Shown: piece by piece, positions 30,197 to 40,508 of the stretch
Numbering within the stretch: position 1 is the first letter of the stretch
Layout: each line of letters begins with the position of its first letter
Origin: Gemmatimonas sp.
GTDB taxonomy: Bacteria > Gemmatimonadota > Gemmatimonadetes > Gemmatimonadales > Gemmatimonadaceae
Direction of reading: 5' to 3'
Assembly (NCBI GenBank): GCA_031414535.1
Contig: JANNVQ010000040.1
Coordinates: 69,927 to 133,926, forward strand
DNA length: 64,000 nt
Made by a program: the position numbers and the translations under genes
The notes under the pieces: model-generated
What the model was told of the DNA's origin: nothing
What the model saw: only the letters and a program-made list of their open reading frames with translations
The model's database searches: none

Positions 30197-32053
30197 ATGT
30201 CCGGGCTCGATCCGACCTTCCAACCGCTCGCCATCGCATTGGCCGCCGAGTTCTCGTTTGACTCGGAGATTGGACGTGGCGGTATGGGCGTGGTGTTTCG
30301 TGCCCGCGACGTGGTGCTGGACCGCGATGTCGCGCTCAAGGTCCTCCCGCCTCAGCTCGGCACCGACCCCGAGACCCGGACACGGTTCCTGCGCGAGGCG
30401 CGAACGGCAGGGCAGCTCTCGCACCCGCATATCGTGCACATTCATCGGGCCGACGAGCGGGCGGGCTTCGCGTACTTCGTGATGGGCTTGGTTGATGGCG
30501 AGAACCTCGGCCAGCGAGTCAAAGATCGCGGGCCGCTCGCGCCGCCCGATGCGGTGCGCCACCTCCGAGAGGTGGCCTGGGCGCTCGCCTACGCCCACGC
30601 GCGCGGCGTCATCCATCGCGATGTGAAGCCGGAGAACATCATGATTGAGCGCGGTAGCAATCGTGCGCTCGTCACCGACTTTGGTATCGCACGCACGGAA
30701 CGCGCGCCCAGCCTCACCTCCGAGGGCCACGTGGTGGGGACGGCACATTTCATGAGTCCCGAGCAGATTCAAGGCGCCGCGGTGGACGGTCGCTCAGATC
30801 TGTACGCGCTGGGTGTGGTTGGCTTCTATCTCCTGAGCGGCCGACTTCCCTTTGAGGGCGAGAGCGCCGGCGCGGTCCTCGTGGCCAACGCCACGCGTCC
30901 TGCACCATCACTGGCAAGTGTTGCACCACAGCTCCCGCCCGCGCTCGTCGCGGTCATTGATCGTTGCTTGAGCAAATCGCCCGATGAGCGCTTTGCGACG
31001 GGGGAAGATCTCTCCGAGGCGCTGCGACGCGCAGTTGAGGGCGCGGTTGCATCGGGCTCGCCCGTCGTCAGCGCCGGGCATGCCGTGCTCTCCGAAGAGC
31101 AAGCGGCCCTCGTCTGGAAGCGAGCCGCGCAGCTCCAAGCGGAGGCGGCCGCGAGGCTCGAACGTCAGACGCGTACGACATCCACGCGAGTGCCGGCCAC
31201 GGCAAACCAAGCGGGCGGCGCGACGGGTGCACCGCCGACGAGTGCGTATCGCGTCCGCGACGTGGAGGCAGCAGCCGTCGAGGCCGGCATCTCGCAGCGC
31301 TTCGTGGCGCTCGCACTGTCGGAACTGCCGTCTAACGCCGAGGGACAGATCACGCTCGAGGGCGGAAGCGTGGAGGAGCGCATTGGCAGCGTGGTCATCG
31401 GTCGGATGCAACGCTCACTCTCCGTGGCCCGCATCATTCGTGCACCGGCGCGCGAGGTCTTGCAAGCAATGGGCCGCTGCTTCCAAGGACATCCGTTCCG
31501 CATGGCCTTGCATGAGCAGATTGGCCCGCATCCACTGGGCGGGGGGATCTTGGTCTTCAAGATCCCCGATATGGATGCCACTGGGCAGTTCGCCTTTACG
31601 TGGCTGCGCTACGGCGTGGGCGCCGTGCATGTTCGCGTCACGCTACGCGCGCTCGAGCACGACCGCGGCGCCACAGAGATTACCGCCGTGGCCGATCTGC
31701 GTCCCGGCCTCAAGGCGAATGTCTGGGGCTACGCCGGCGGTAGCCTCGGTGTGGCGTCAGGCGCCACGGCGGCCGGCTTTGCAATTGGCCTGAAGGCCAT
31801 GGCCCTCAGCGGTATCATGCTTGCCGGCCCGATGGCCGTGATGGGATTTGCCGGCGGCGCGCTCGCGGTCGCCGCGGGCCGCGCCTTCTACCGCGCCGAG
31901 CTCCGCTGGGCGACGGAGGAGATGGACAACATGCTCCGCGCCGTCGATGGAACTTTGCGCTCGCGCTCACTCTTCGATGGAGACCCGCCGACATCCGATC
32001 CGCCCAAGCTCGCGGCTGGATCAGACGGCTCGTTCCTCTCGACCATCGCTTGA
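30197..32053 (+). CDS. Hanks-type Ser/Thr protein kinase with C-terminal membrane region
   Basis: [31 protein letters not shown]. Confidence 0.95.
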   Translation: MSGLDPTFQPLAIALAAEFSFDSEIGRGGMGVVFRARDVVLDRDVALKVLPPQLGTDPETRTRFLREARTAGQLSHPHIVHIHRADERAGFAYFVMGLVDGENLGQRVKDRGPLAPPDAVRHLREVAWALAYAHARGVIHRDVKPENIMIERGSNRALVTDFGIARTERAPSLTSEGHVVGTAHFMSPEQIQGAAVDGRSDLYALGVVGFYLLSGRLPFEGESAGAVLVANATRPAPSLASVAPQLPPALVAVIDRCLSKSPDERFATGEDLSEALRRAVEGAVASGSPVVSAGHAVLSEEQAALVWKRAAQLQAEAAARLERQTRTTSTRVPATANQAGGATGAPPTSAYRVRDVEAAAVEAGISQRFVALALSELPSNAEGQITLEGGSVEERIGSVVIGRMQRSLSVARIIRAPAREVLQAMGRCFQGHPFRMALHEQIGPHPLGGGILVFKIPDMDATGQFAFTWLRYGVGAVHVRVTLRALEHDRGATEITAVADLRPGLKANVWGYAGGSLGVASGATAAGFAIGLKAMALSGIMLAGPMAVMGFAGGALAVAAGRAFYRAELRWATEEMDNMLRAVDGTLRSRSLFDGDPPTSDPPKLAAGSDGSFLSTIA

Positions 32054-34866
32054 AAGACCGCATCATCGTCCGCGGCGCTCGCCAGCATAACCTGCGCGAT
32101 GTGTCCGTGGACTTCCCCCGCCGTGCCATCACCGTCGTCACCGGCCCTTCAGGTTCGGGGAAGTCCTCGCTCGCCTTCGACACCATCTACGCCGAAGGCC
32201 AGCGCCGCTACGTTGAATCGCTCTCGGCTTACGCGCGCCAGTTTCTCGAGCGCATGCCCAAGCCGGACGTGGACAGCATTGATGGATTGTCGCCGGCCGT
32301 CGCAATCGAACAGAAGAACCCGACGCGCACCTCCCGTTCCACCGTTGGAACCGCCACTGAGATCACGGATTATTTACGCCTGCTCTGGGCGCGTGTCGGA
32401 CATACGCTCTGCCCCGTGTGTGGGCGTCGTCTGAGGCCAGATTCGCCAGAAACGGCCACAGATTCTGTCCTCGCGTTGCCAGCTGGCACGCGCTTGCACG
32501 TCACCTTCCCCTTCGCGCGCTCCGCCAAGCTCACGCACGCGCGCATCCTCGAACACCTGCGCGCCAAGGGCTTCGTGCGCATCGTGGCGGATGGTGAAGT
32601 GCACCACCTCGACGAGATCACCGGCGCCAAGCCAAATCTCGCGAAGGTTAAGGAGCTCCTCGTGGTGACGGACCGGCTCGCCGCCACCGCCGAGTCGCGC
32701 AGCCGGCTCACAGACTCGCTCGAGACCGCGTTCCGCGAGGGAGATGGCGATGCCGTCGTCGTGCCCGCGCCCCGTGAGGGAGAGCCGACACTGAAGCCGC
32801 TGCGCTTCACGACTTCGTTTCGCTGCCCAGATGACGGGCACGTGGCCCCTGCGCCTTCACCGCAGCTGTTCTCGTTCAATAACCCGCGCGGAGCCTGCGA
32901 AACCTGCAACGGCTTCGGCGCCACGCTCGAGTACGATGAAGCGCTGATTGTGCCCTACCCCGAGCGCACACTCGCCGAGGGCGCACTCGATCCGTGGACC
33001 AAGCCGCGCTACGAAAACAAGCGGCGCGCGCTCGCTGAGTTTGCCAAAGCCAGCAGCATTCCCATGGACCGGCCGTGGAGCAATCTCAGCGACACGCAGC
33101 GCGAGAAGCTCCTGCGCGGCAAGGCCAAGGGCTACGTGGGAATGTTTCCCTTCCTCGACGCGCTCGAGCCCAAGAAGTACAAGCAGTACATCCGCGTATT
33201 CCTGCGCCAATACCAAACGGCGCAGACTTGTGCGAGTTGCCAAGGTGCGCGGCTCACGCCAGACGCGCTCAACGTGAAGATTTCCGGCCGCACCGTAGCC
33301 GAGGTGCAGGCGATGCCCGTGGGCTTGCTGCGCGGCTGGGTGGATTCGCTCGCGCTCTCCGAGCAAGAGACGGCCATCGCCGCGCACATCCTGCGAGAGG
33401 CGCGCAATCGCATTGCCTTCCTCTGCGATGTGGGGCTCACCTACCTCTCACTGGACCGCGCCACACGTACGCTCTCCGGCGGAGAAGCTCAGCGTATTGG
33501 CCTCGCGAACTCGCTCGGCGCGCAACTGGTAGATACGCTCTACGTGCTCGACGAACCGAGTATCGGCTTGCATCCGCGCGACCTCGGACGCTTACTCGAC
33601 CTGCTCAAGCGACTGCGCGACAGCGGCAACACCGTGCTCATGGTGGAGCACGACCTCGAAGCAATTCGCCTCAGCGACTGGATGCTCGAACTCGGCCCCG
33701 CCGCAGGCGAGAAGGGTGGGCAAGTCGTGTTTAGCGGCCCCACAAGCACGGCGAGCAAGAGCCCGCTCACGGGTCAGTTCTTGACAGGTGCGCGCACAAT
33801 CGCGCTTCCTGAGAAGCGTCGGCGCGTGGGCCCGCAGTGGATCACACTCGAGGGCGCGCGCGAGCACAACCTGCGGAGCGTAGACGTAAAAATCCCACTC
33901 GGCGCGCTCACCTGCGTCACGGGAGTATCGGGCAGCGGCAAGTCCACGCTCGTGCACGACGTGTTGTTTCGCGCGCTCGAGCGCCAACTCACCGGGGAGC
34001 ATAGCGCCAAGCAGCACCTCGGCGAGCGTATCGGTGCGTTTACGAGCATCAATGGATGGCAGGCGTTGGGCGAGGTGGTCCTCGTGGATCAGGAGCCCAT
34101 CGGCAAGTCGCCGCGCTCCAACCCCGTCACCTACGTGAAGGCCTTCGACGAGATCAGGCGCATCTTCGCCGAGGTTCCGCTCGCTCGGCAGCGTCGGTAT
34201 ACCGCGGGCACCTTTTCGTTCAACGTGGCCGGCGGGCGTTGCGAGACCTGTGAGGGGGCTGGCGCCATCGAAGTCGAGATGGTGTTCATGGCCGATGTGT
34301 TTGTGCCCTGCGAAACCTGCGGCGGTACACGCTACAAGCCGGAGGTTCTCGAGGTGACCCACTTCGGCAAGCGCATTACCGACGTGCTCGAGATGACCGT
34401 GGACGAAGCGATTCGATTCTTCCCACGAGAGGAGAAGCTGGGTCAGGCTCTATGGCAGATCCAACAGGTAGGCCTCGGATACCTGCGGCTCGGCCAACCG
34501 GCCACCACGCTCTCTGGCGGCGAGTCCCAGCGCCTCAAGATTGCCCGAGAGTTGGCCTTCGCTGCCAAAAAGGGCGGTCGCAAGCTCTACATCCTCGACG
34601 AACCCACCACCGGCCTGCATCCCCGCGACGTGGAGGTGCTGTGCGAGGTGCTCGACCGCCTCGTGGACAACGGGCACACAGTGGTCGTAATTGAGCATGA
34701 CATGGATGTCGTGAAGCGCGCCGATTGGGTGATTGACATGGGCCCAGACGGCGGCGACGGCGGCGGACTGGTGGTGGCCATGGGGCGCCCAGAGGAGATC
34801 GTGAAGGTCAAGGGCTCCCACACCGGCCAGTGGCTCGCGCACGAGCTTCCGTCGCCAGTCAAATAG
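32050..34866 (+). CDS. uvrA: Excinuclease ABC subunit A
   Basis: [30 protein letters not shown], zinc fingers, two ABC modules. Confidence 0.97.
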   Translation: MKDRIIVRGARQHNLRDVSVDFPRRAITVVTGPSGSGKSSLAFDTIYAEGQRRYVESLSAYARQFLERMPKPDVDSIDGLSPAVAIEQKNPTRTSRSTVGTATEITDYLRLLWARVGHTLCPVCGRRLRPDSPETATDSVLALPAGTRLHVTFPFARSAKLTHARILEHLRAKGFVRIVADGEVHHLDEITGAKPNLAKVKELLVVTDRLAATAESRSRLTDSLETAFREGDGDAVVVPAPREGEPTLKPLRFTTSFRCPDDGHVAPAPSPQLFSFNNPRGACETCNGFGATLEYDEALIVPYPERTLAEGALDPWTKPRYENKRRALAEFAKASSIPMDRPWSNLSDTQREKLLRGKAKGYVGMFPFLDALEPKKYKQYIRVFLRQYQTAQTCASCQGARLTPDALNVKISGRTVAEVQAMPVGLLRGWVDSLALSEQETAIAAHILREARNRIAFLCDVGLTYLSLDRATRTLSGGEAQRIGLANSLGAQLVDTLYVLDEPSIGLHPRDLGRLLDLLKRLRDSGNTVLMVEHDLEAIRLSDWMLELGPAAGEKGGQVVFSGPTSTASKSPLTGQFLTGARTIALPEKRRRVGPQWITLEGAREHNLRSVDVKIPLGALTCVTGVSGSGKSTLVHDVLFRALERQLTGEHSAKQHLGERIGAFTSINGWQALGEVVLVDQEPIGKSPRSNPVTYVKAFDEIRRIFAEVPLARQRRYTAGTFSFNVAGGRCETCEGAGAIEVEMVFMADVFVPCETCGGTRYKPEVLEVTHFGKRITDVLEMTVDEAIRFFPREEKLGQALWQIQQVGLGYLRLGQPATTLSGGESQRLKIARELAFAAKKGGRKLYILDEPTTGLHPRDVEVLCEVLDRLVDNGHTVVVIEHDMDVVKRADWVIDMGPDGGDGGGLVVAMGRPEEIVKVKGSHTGQWLAHELPSPVK

Positions 34867-34900
34867 CCGCCGCATCCCAAAAATCCGCCTCTCGGGTGGC

Positions 34901-34930
34901 TTGAACGCAGGGGTCGCCGCCGTTTATCTT
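34901..34930 (+). promoter_or_regulatory. Sigma70-like promoter of tRNA-Asn
   Basis: TTGAAC-N18-TATCTT ending 10 nt upstream of the tRNA. Confidence 0.5.
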
Positions 34931-34940
34931 TCGCGTCTAT

Positions 34941-35013
34941 TCCGACGTAGCTCAGTTGGTAGAGCAGGTGACTGTTAATCACCGGGTCACAGGTTCGAGT
35001 CCTGTCGTCGGAG
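34941..35013 (+). tRNA. trnN: tRNA-Asn(GTT); prophage integration site
   Basis: Acceptor TCCGACG/CGTCGGA, D arm GCTC/GAGC, anticodon arm GGTGA-CTGTTAA-TCACC, T arm ACAGG-TTCGAGT-CCTGT; CCA not encoded. Confidence 0.98.
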
Positions 35014-35020
35014 CTTCGAT

Positions 35021-35066
35021 AGAAGGAAATGCCCCAAGCACTTAGCGTGCGCGGGGCATTTTCTTT
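35021..35066. terminator. Probable bidirectional terminator between tRNA and integrase
   Basis: GAAATGCCCC...GGGGCATTTTCTT. Confidence 0.6.
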
Positions 35067-35086
35067 GCCCCTCGGCGCCGTGCCTG

Positions 35087-35109
35087 CTGTAGCAGAGACT
35101 GTAGCAGAG
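35087..35109. repeat. Direct repeat CTGTAGCAGAG x2 (candidate integrase arm-type sites)
   Basis: 35087-35097 and 35099-35109, between tRNA and int stop. Confidence 0.6.
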
Positions 35110-35116
35110 CCCACGG

Positions 35117-36253
35117 TTATTCTCCTCCCCGCGCTCGCTTCGCGGCGCGCACTAGGTCTTCCGCCCTCGGGCGGTACTTCGCATAGAGCTTGATGGCCTG
35201 CGACTCATTGCCATGGCCGAAGTTCGACGAGATCACCTTCATCTCGTGGCCACGGCGGGACATCTCCACGCCGAACGAGTGCCGTGCCGCGTGCAGAGTG
35301 TAGCCCTCGCGGATCTCCACGCCCGCCGCCCGCAGCTCGGCACACGCCTGGCGCTGCGCCGCATCGTGGGCGCCATGGCTCACGCCGTCGAAGAGCAGCG
35401 CGTCCGGGAGGAAGCCCCCCTCGCGCACGTACGCGGCGAACACATCCCAGCAGCCGTCGTCCAGCACGATGGCCTGACGGTCGCGATACGAGTTCTTCTT
35501 GCCGTGCGCCCACACGATGCGAGACTGCAGATCCACATCGCGCCGGCGCATCGGCAGCACCGCCTGCATCTCGAGGCCCGCGCCGTGCCGGATGGCCGCC
35601 ATCGCCCGATGCGCCCCCGCCGGCATCGTGTGCACCAGCCGCACGACATGCGGCCACTCCGCGTAGCGCTCGCGCGTCTTGTTGGACTTGGGCAGGCGCA
35701 TCTGCCGCATCGGGTTCACGACGAGCACGCCGACGTCCACGCAGTGATCGAGGAAGTGAATCCAGGCGGCCGCGTGGCGCCGGCGATTGGTGCCGGATCC
35801 CGGGATGGCATCGAGGCGGGCCTTGAGCGCGGCCGTCGTCAGGCTCGAGCGCAGCAGCTGCGCGCCCACGAAGACGAGGACCTGCGCGCGGTACTTGCGC
35901 AGCGACTCCGCGGCGAACGTGCCATCCGCCACACGGGCCTCGAGCCCCGCGACCCAGCCCGGGAATGCCGTGGCTAGGTCCACATCCTCGAGCTCGGCCT
36001 GAAGGGCATCCATGCGACCCAGCAGGTACGCGTCGTACACCCGCGCCACGCTCACGCGCTGCGCCAGGATCGCATCGCGCACCCAGAGCAGGCGCTTGCC
36101 GCGCTCACCCAGGAGGTCGAGCATCTTCTGCATCTGATCGGCGGTCGCACGATCACGCGTGCCCGACGTGACGCGCATGAAGGGCTTGGCCGCATCCCCC
36201 GTGCGCAGCGTGAGCGTCCACGTCTTGGAATCCTTCCGACGATACGGCGTCAT
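35117..36253 (-). CDS. int: Tyrosine recombinase/phage integrase with atypical box I
   Basis: LHAARHSF (HxxR), FGH, C-terminal Tyr (KLYAKY); box I reads GAGLEMQA. Confidence 0.9.
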   Translation of the reverse strand: MTPYRRKDSKTWTLTLRTGDAAKPFMRVTSGTRDRATADQMQKMLDLLGERGKRLLWVRDAILAQRVSVARVYDAYLLGRMDALQAELEDVDLATAFPGWVAGLEARVADGTFAAESLRKYRAQVLVFVGAQLLRSSLTTAALKARLDAIPGSGTNRRRHAAAWIHFLDHCVDVGVLVVNPMRQMRLPKSNKTRERYAEWPHVVRLVHTMPAGAHRAMAAIRHGAGLEMQAVLPMRRRDVDLQSRIVWAHGKKNSYRDRQAIVLDDGCWDVFAAYVREGGFLPDALLFDGVSHGAHDAAQRQACAELRAAGVEIREGYTLHAARHSFGVEMSRRGHEMKVISSNFGHGNESQAIKLYAKYRPRAEDLVRAAKRARGGE

Positions 36254-36507
36254 CCGACCCTCTTCAGCGCGCGAGACTTCGAGAGTCCCGTGTTCGTGTG
36301 GCGGCGCGCGTCGAGCAGCTCCTGCACCTTCGCCGCGTCATACAGCCGCAGCCCGCGCTGGCTCCCGCCGTTCACCAAGGGAATGGCGATCATCGCCGGC
36401 GCGAAGAACGGGCGCAGCCGTTGCCAGGTGCGCGTCTTCTCCTTGGCGCCCAACCGCAGATGCTCCCGCAGCTCGGCATCGGACATCAGCTTCGCCAGTG
36501 TGCTCAC
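36250..36507 (-). CDS. Putative excisionase/DNA-binding protein
   Basis: Small basic protein coupled to int; RLYDAAKVQELL resembles Xis/MerR-like wing. Confidence 0.55.
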   Translation of the reverse strand: MSTLAKLMSDAELREHLRLGAKEKTRTWQRLRPFFAPAMIAIPLVNGGSQRGLRLYDAAKVQELLDARRHTNTGLSKSRALKRVG

Positions 36508-36821
36508 GACTCCTCCGAGGCTGTCTCAGGACCGACCAACCGATCCACGTGTGTGCTACGCAGCTTCCGAATCTCGTCATTCGCGGCGAGCAAGCGCTCG
36601 CCGTGTTGCGCGATGAGCTGCTCCAGCTGGTTGATGCGCCGCTCGTGCGGCGGCTCCACCCCCAGCGGCCGCACGTGCCCGTTCGGGCAGCAGACGGTGT
36701 TGCGATACGCGACGAGCTTGTCGAAGAGCTCCGCCGGGATGCCGAAGGGCACCCCGCACATGTCGCACACGACAAGCTTGAGCGTCACAGGCGCCTGCGC
36801 GTGGGCCGAAGGCGTGCTCAT
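36504..36821 (-). CDS. Phage hypothetical protein with zinc ribbon and coiled coil
   Basis: CDMCG...CCPNGH; GTGA coupling to next gene. Confidence 0.7.
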   Translation of the reverse strand: MSTPSAHAQAPVTLKLVVCDMCGVPFGIPAELFDKLVAYRNTVCCPNGHVRPLGVEPPHERRINQLEQLIAQHGERLLAANDEIRKLRSTHVDRLVGPETASEES

Positions 36822-36897
36822 GCCCGCGCTCCGCGGCCGGCGCGCATCACCTGTCGCGCCGGCGCACACTGATGGGCGCAGCAAAAGCGAGGACGCA

Positions 36898-38562
36898 TCA
36901 CTTCGACTTCCCCGTCTTCGCCTTCGGCGGAGAGCTCCACGGATGCTTGCGCTTCTCGATCGCCGCGCGCATCTCCGTCTCGATCTTCGCAATCTCGTCA
37001 TTCACCGTAGGCTTCTCACCCTTCCCCCAGCGGCGCAGCGTCACGAGCGCCTCAAGTGCGGCCGCGGCCTGTGCATCAGTCAAATGCTCGGCGAGCAACT
37101 CCTCCCAGCCGACCGCGCCATCCGGGGTGCCCTCCTCCAAATTGAGGCTCGCGCCGGCGTAACAGAGCACCTCGTCGAGATCCTCGATGTCGTCGCCGTA
37201 GTAACTGTCAGAGCCGGCGAGCGCGACGGCCAGAAGCGCGCGCGCGCTATCACGCCGCACCGCGACGTCGATGGCCTTCTCGAGCTTGGCGTTGAACTTC
37301 TTCATCACCGGCGCCGTCGCGGCCTCGAGGCGCGCCGCATACTTGTCCCGCGCCCGCTCGAGGGAGGCCGACTCCTTCACGAGCAGCTGGCGATACGCAC
37401 CCTTCCCCTGGACCGCCAAGTCGGACTCCGCAATCTCTCCGAGATCCGCGGGATCGAACGGACGACCGTTATCGAGAGTGCTGTACTTGCCGGAGTAGCC
37501 CACCAAGCGCGCGTACCCTTTCGGCACGTCGAGATGGCCCGTCTCGCCGAGATCCTTCACGCCCTCAGGCGCATAGAATGCCTTCGCCACTTCCTTGCTC
37601 GCGGCAGACGAGCTCGCGCTCGAGGCCGCGGCCTTCTTCTTCTCGACCTTCTTCGCTTCGCGCTCGAGCGGCTTCCACCAGTCGGGGTTGCCGCAGAAGC
37701 GGCGCTTTTGAATGCTGTGCTTCTCCTCGATCACCACGCCACCGCACGTGCACTCTGCGTCGTGCGTGCTGGTGTTGAACGTCGGGCGGTCATCGCCCTT
37801 CTGCTTCGCGATCGGATACAGATGCTTGCGATACAGCGGATCCACATCGTTCTCGAACCTCCACGCCGACTCGTACTGTATCTCCTCAAGCTGCTCCTCT
37901 GCAGACAAGAGGTCATCAGCGTCGATGGCAAGCACGCGCCGCTTGCCGAGCTCGGCGATCACGGCCTCATGCACCGCGTCCGGGCAGCCGCGGTACGGCA
38001 GGAGGACCTCCGCCGCGTGGGTGTACTTGATGACCCCGGCCTCGATGATCGGCAGCCACGGGCCAATCTCGAGCAGATTCAACCGCTGCGAGACCGTCGA
38101 GATCTTCAAGCCGACGAACTGCGCCAGGTCCTTCACGGTCGTGAAGCCTTGCTCCGACTTGATGCGCCCGAGCACGCGCGCTTCCTCGACAGGCGTGAGC
38201 GGCTTGCCGCTATTTGAAACGAGCTGATCGCGCAGGCGCTCGCCGCCGGCCTGCACGTCGTCGCGCACCACGCTGGGAATCATCGCCTGCACACCTTCGG
38301 CACTGCGCCAACGGCGCTCGCCGTCCACGATCATCCATTGGCCGATAAGCTCGGGATGCGTGCGCACGGTGATGGCCTGCCGGATGCCGCCCTGGGCGAT
38401 GGATCCCCGCAGCTCCGCGTCCGCATGCTGACGCGGCTGCTCGGGATCCGGGTGAATCAACTCCCACGGGATGTACTGAATGTCCATCGTGAGCGCGCTG
38501 TCTGGAATTGCAATCTCCAACTCGACTTGGTCCACTGTCGCCCCCCCCTTACCGCGTGCCAT
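36898..38562 (-). CDS. ParB/Srx N-terminal domain protein with HTH and long C-terminal region
   Basis: IHPDPEQPR, SI..GIRQAITVR, IVDGERRWR; strong GGAGG RBS. Confidence 0.85.
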   Translation of the reverse strand: MARGKGGATVDQVELEIAIPDSALTMDIQYIPWELIHPDPEQPRQHADAELRGSIAQGGIRQAITVRTHPELIGQWMIVDGERRWRSAEGVQAMIPSVVRDDVQAGGERLRDQLVSNSGKPLTPVEEARVLGRIKSEQGFTTVKDLAQFVGLKISTVSQRLNLLEIGPWLPIIEAGVIKYTHAAEVLLPYRGCPDAVHEAVIAELGKRRVLAIDADDLLSAEEQLEEIQYESAWRFENDVDPLYRKHLYPIAKQKGDDRPTFNTSTHDAECTCGGVVIEEKHSIQKRRFCGNPDWWKPLEREAKKVEKKKAAASSASSSAASKEVAKAFYAPEGVKDLGETGHLDVPKGYARLVGYSGKYSTLDNGRPFDPADLGEIAESDLAVQGKGAYRQLLVKESASLERARDKYAARLEAATAPVMKKFNAKLEKAIDVAVRRDSARALLAVALAGSDSYYGDDIEDLDEVLCYAGASLNLEEGTPDGAVGWEELLAEHLTDAQAAAALEALVTLRRWGKGEKPTVNDEIAKIETEMRAAIEKRKHPWSSPPKAKTGKSK

Positions 38563-39097
38563 GGTGCCCTCCTTCCTTCCGGTTAGTGCGGACCATGAAG
38601 AGCGAGTCCGCGATCTTGATGACATCCGCCGCGCCCACGGCGTAGCCTTCCTTCTGCAGCAGCGGCGCCGCTTCGCAGGCGTCCTTGAGCGCGCGCAGGT
38701 ACTGCGCGAAGTCCACCGCCGCGGCGAGGCTGCGCACATCCACGTCGTAGCTCCAGGCGCCATTGCCCTTGCGGCGCTTCGTGATCGTGAGCGCGTACTT
38801 GAGGAGCGGTACCGCCACCGGCCGCACGCCCTGCGCGACGCCATCCGTATTCACCAGGGTGTCGATCACGCCGGCAGCGACCATCGGGCCCTCGATTTCG
38901 AGGAGAGGCACAAAGCCGCGGACCAGCACCCCATCGGGCTGACGCGTCCCGCGGAAGCGCAACTCGAACGGCCCGGCATTGGTTTGCGGGCGCGCGGAGA
39001 CGACGTCGCAGTACTGCACATCAATCTCGACAGGCTCGTCGAGACCGAAGCGCAGTTCGTGCTCGACGGCGGCGGCACGCGGTGCGGGCGTCGTCAC
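38549..39097 (-). CDS. Phage hypothetical protein
   Basis: Coupled member of leftward early operon (GTGA overlap). Confidence 0.65.
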   Translation of the reverse strand: MTTPAPRAAAVEHELRFGLDEPVEIDVQYCDVVSARPQTNAGPFELRFRGTRQPDGVLVRGFVPLLEIEGPMVAAGVIDTLVNTDGVAQGVRPVAVPLLKYALTITKRRKGNGAWSYDVDVRSLAAAVDFAQYLRALKDACEAAPLLQKEGYAVGAADVIKIADSLFMVRTNRKEGGHHGTR

Positions 39098-39552
39098 GCG
39101 ACCCCGCCTGCCGACCGCGCCCGAATTGTCGCGAGCACCGTCGTCGAGGACGGGTCGCACCCCAGTTGCTTCGCCGCCCAGGTGATGAGTTCAAAGTGCA
39201 GCGACAACAGCCGCCGCCGCTCCTCGAGATGCTCCGCCGCTTCGCGCGCACGGTCCGCGGCGAGCCGATCAAGCTCGCGTTGCAGGCGCACGCCCTCGGC
39301 TTCCGCCGTGTCGCGCCACCACTGCTGACGCTCAGCCTCGCGCAGGGCGACGGCAACCAGCTCGCGACGGGGCAGCTGCTCCTTGCCGGCCGCGCAATCC
39401 TTCGCCGCCTGCAGCAGCTGGAGCTCCATCGCGTCTTCCGGGTGCGGCATCGGGCCGAGGGGTGGTGGCGTGATCTGCGCGAGCGCGACAGCCACGTCGA
39501 TGGTCAAGGTGTCGGGAGCGCTCGGCTCCATCGCAAAGGCGCGCGCGGTCAT
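39094..39552 (-). CDS. Phage hypothetical coiled-coil protein
   Basis: ATGA/GTGA overlaps on both sides. Confidence 0.65.
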   Translation of the reverse strand: MTARAFAMEPSAPDTLTIDVAVALAQITPPPLGPMPHPEDAMELQLLQAAKDCAAGKEQLPRRELVAVALREAERQQWWRDTAEAEGVRLQRELDRLAADRAREAAEHLEERRRLLSLHFELITWAAKQLGCDPSSTTVLATIRARSAGGVA

Positions 39553-40112
39553 GCGAGCACCGCCGTGGCGCCGTCCAGGCGATCGGCGCGTCGCCGCAGG
39601 TTGATGGCGAGCTCGGTGTTCACCGCAGCCACGTGCGAACAGATGTCCGCTTCCTGGCGCAGCGCCTCCGCCGTCTCGCCGTGGACGCGGCGCTGCATCT
39701 GCCGCAGGTCCTGGTCGGCGTCGAGCCGGGACTCCATGAGGTCGAGCGAGTCGAGGCAGCGCATCGCATTGCCCGCCAGCTCGAGCGCGTGTTCATAGAG
39801 GGTCTCGGGAAAGCGCATCAGCTCCTCGAGCGTGCAGCCGGCGCGGCGCAGGCGCTGCATCTGGTCCATGAGGACCGCGAGCGCCGAGCTGTGCGCATAC
39901 GCCAGGCTGTGCGCCTTGTCGAGCTGGTGATCGCGCCCGTGCGCGTGCAGTCCGCGCCGCACCGCGCCGCGCTTCAGCGCGGCCGCGTAGGTGCGCCGGA
40001 CCAGCGTGAGTGGATCCATGCCGCGCACGGCCAACTCCGGCGTCGCCGTGCTCAAGCGCGGCCGCCGCGGAATTGCCCGTGCAAATGCTGGTGCCTGCGT
40101 TGCTCGCTCCAT
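39549..40112 (-). CDS. Phage hypothetical protein (position of a CII-like regulator)
   Basis: GGAGG RBS; helical; second gene of early operon. Confidence 0.65.
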   Translation of the reverse strand: MERATQAPAFARAIPRRPRLSTATPELAVRGMDPLTLVRRTYAAALKRGAVRRGLHAHGRDHQLDKAHSLAYAHSSALAVLMDQMQRLRRAGCTLEELMRFPETLYEHALELAGNAMRCLDSLDLMESRLDADQDLRQMQRRVHGETAEALRQEADICSHVAAVNTELAINLRRRADRLDGATAVLA

Positions 40113-40194
40113 CGTCCCGTCCTCCCCCAGTGTTCGGTATGACCAGCCCCCTCCCCTGCCCACCATCCCCACGCAACCGCGGCCCACCATCGCG

Positions 40195-40413
40195 CTAGGC
40201 GGCGGTGGGTGCGGCTTCCTTCGCGATGTTCTCGCCAGCCTCTTTGAGCACTTGGGTCGCGCGAGCAAGCGCAGCGACGCGGATGAATTCGTTTCGGGAT
40301 TCGCCGGAGAGCTCGACGGCGCGATGCACCACATCAGACTCTGAGAGCGGCAACGCGAGGGGGATGTTCACCCGGAGGCGCGTCGGCTTGCGATTGGTGT
40401 CGGGTTCGGTCAT
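40195..40413 (-). CDS. Ribbon-helix-helix (DUF1778/CopG-like) regulator in Cro position
   Basis: RVNIPLAL..ESDVVHRAVELSGESRNEFIRVAAL; GAGGA RBS. Confidence 0.75.
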   Translation of the reverse strand: MTEPDTNRKPTRLRVNIPLALPLSESDVVHRAVELSGESRNEFIRVAALARATQVLKEAGENIAKEAAPTAA

Positions 40414-40453
40414 CCTGTCCTCAGCGGTAGAGAGTACTGGTCCACATCGGTAG

Positions 40454-40482
40454 AGAATATGGACCGTTTCTTACCGCGTCAA
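40454..40482 (-). promoter_or_regulatory. Leftward early promoter with overlapping operator-like repeats
   Basis: TTGACG-N17-TATTCT on the - strand; CGGTAGAGA at 40425 and 40448, inverted CGGTAAGAA at 40476-40468. Confidence 0.7.
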
Positions 40483-40508
40483 GCCCCTCCCCCCACCCGT
40501 TCAAGATT

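Noticed and set aside
36818..36898. 26-codon ORF coupled between parB-like and zinc-ribbon genes
   Set aside because: Too short to support, although TGATG/ATGA overlaps make it possible
40195..40413. DUF1778 protein as antitoxin of a TacAT-type toxin-antitoxin pair
   Set aside because: No adjacent GNAT toxin; position fits a phage regulator
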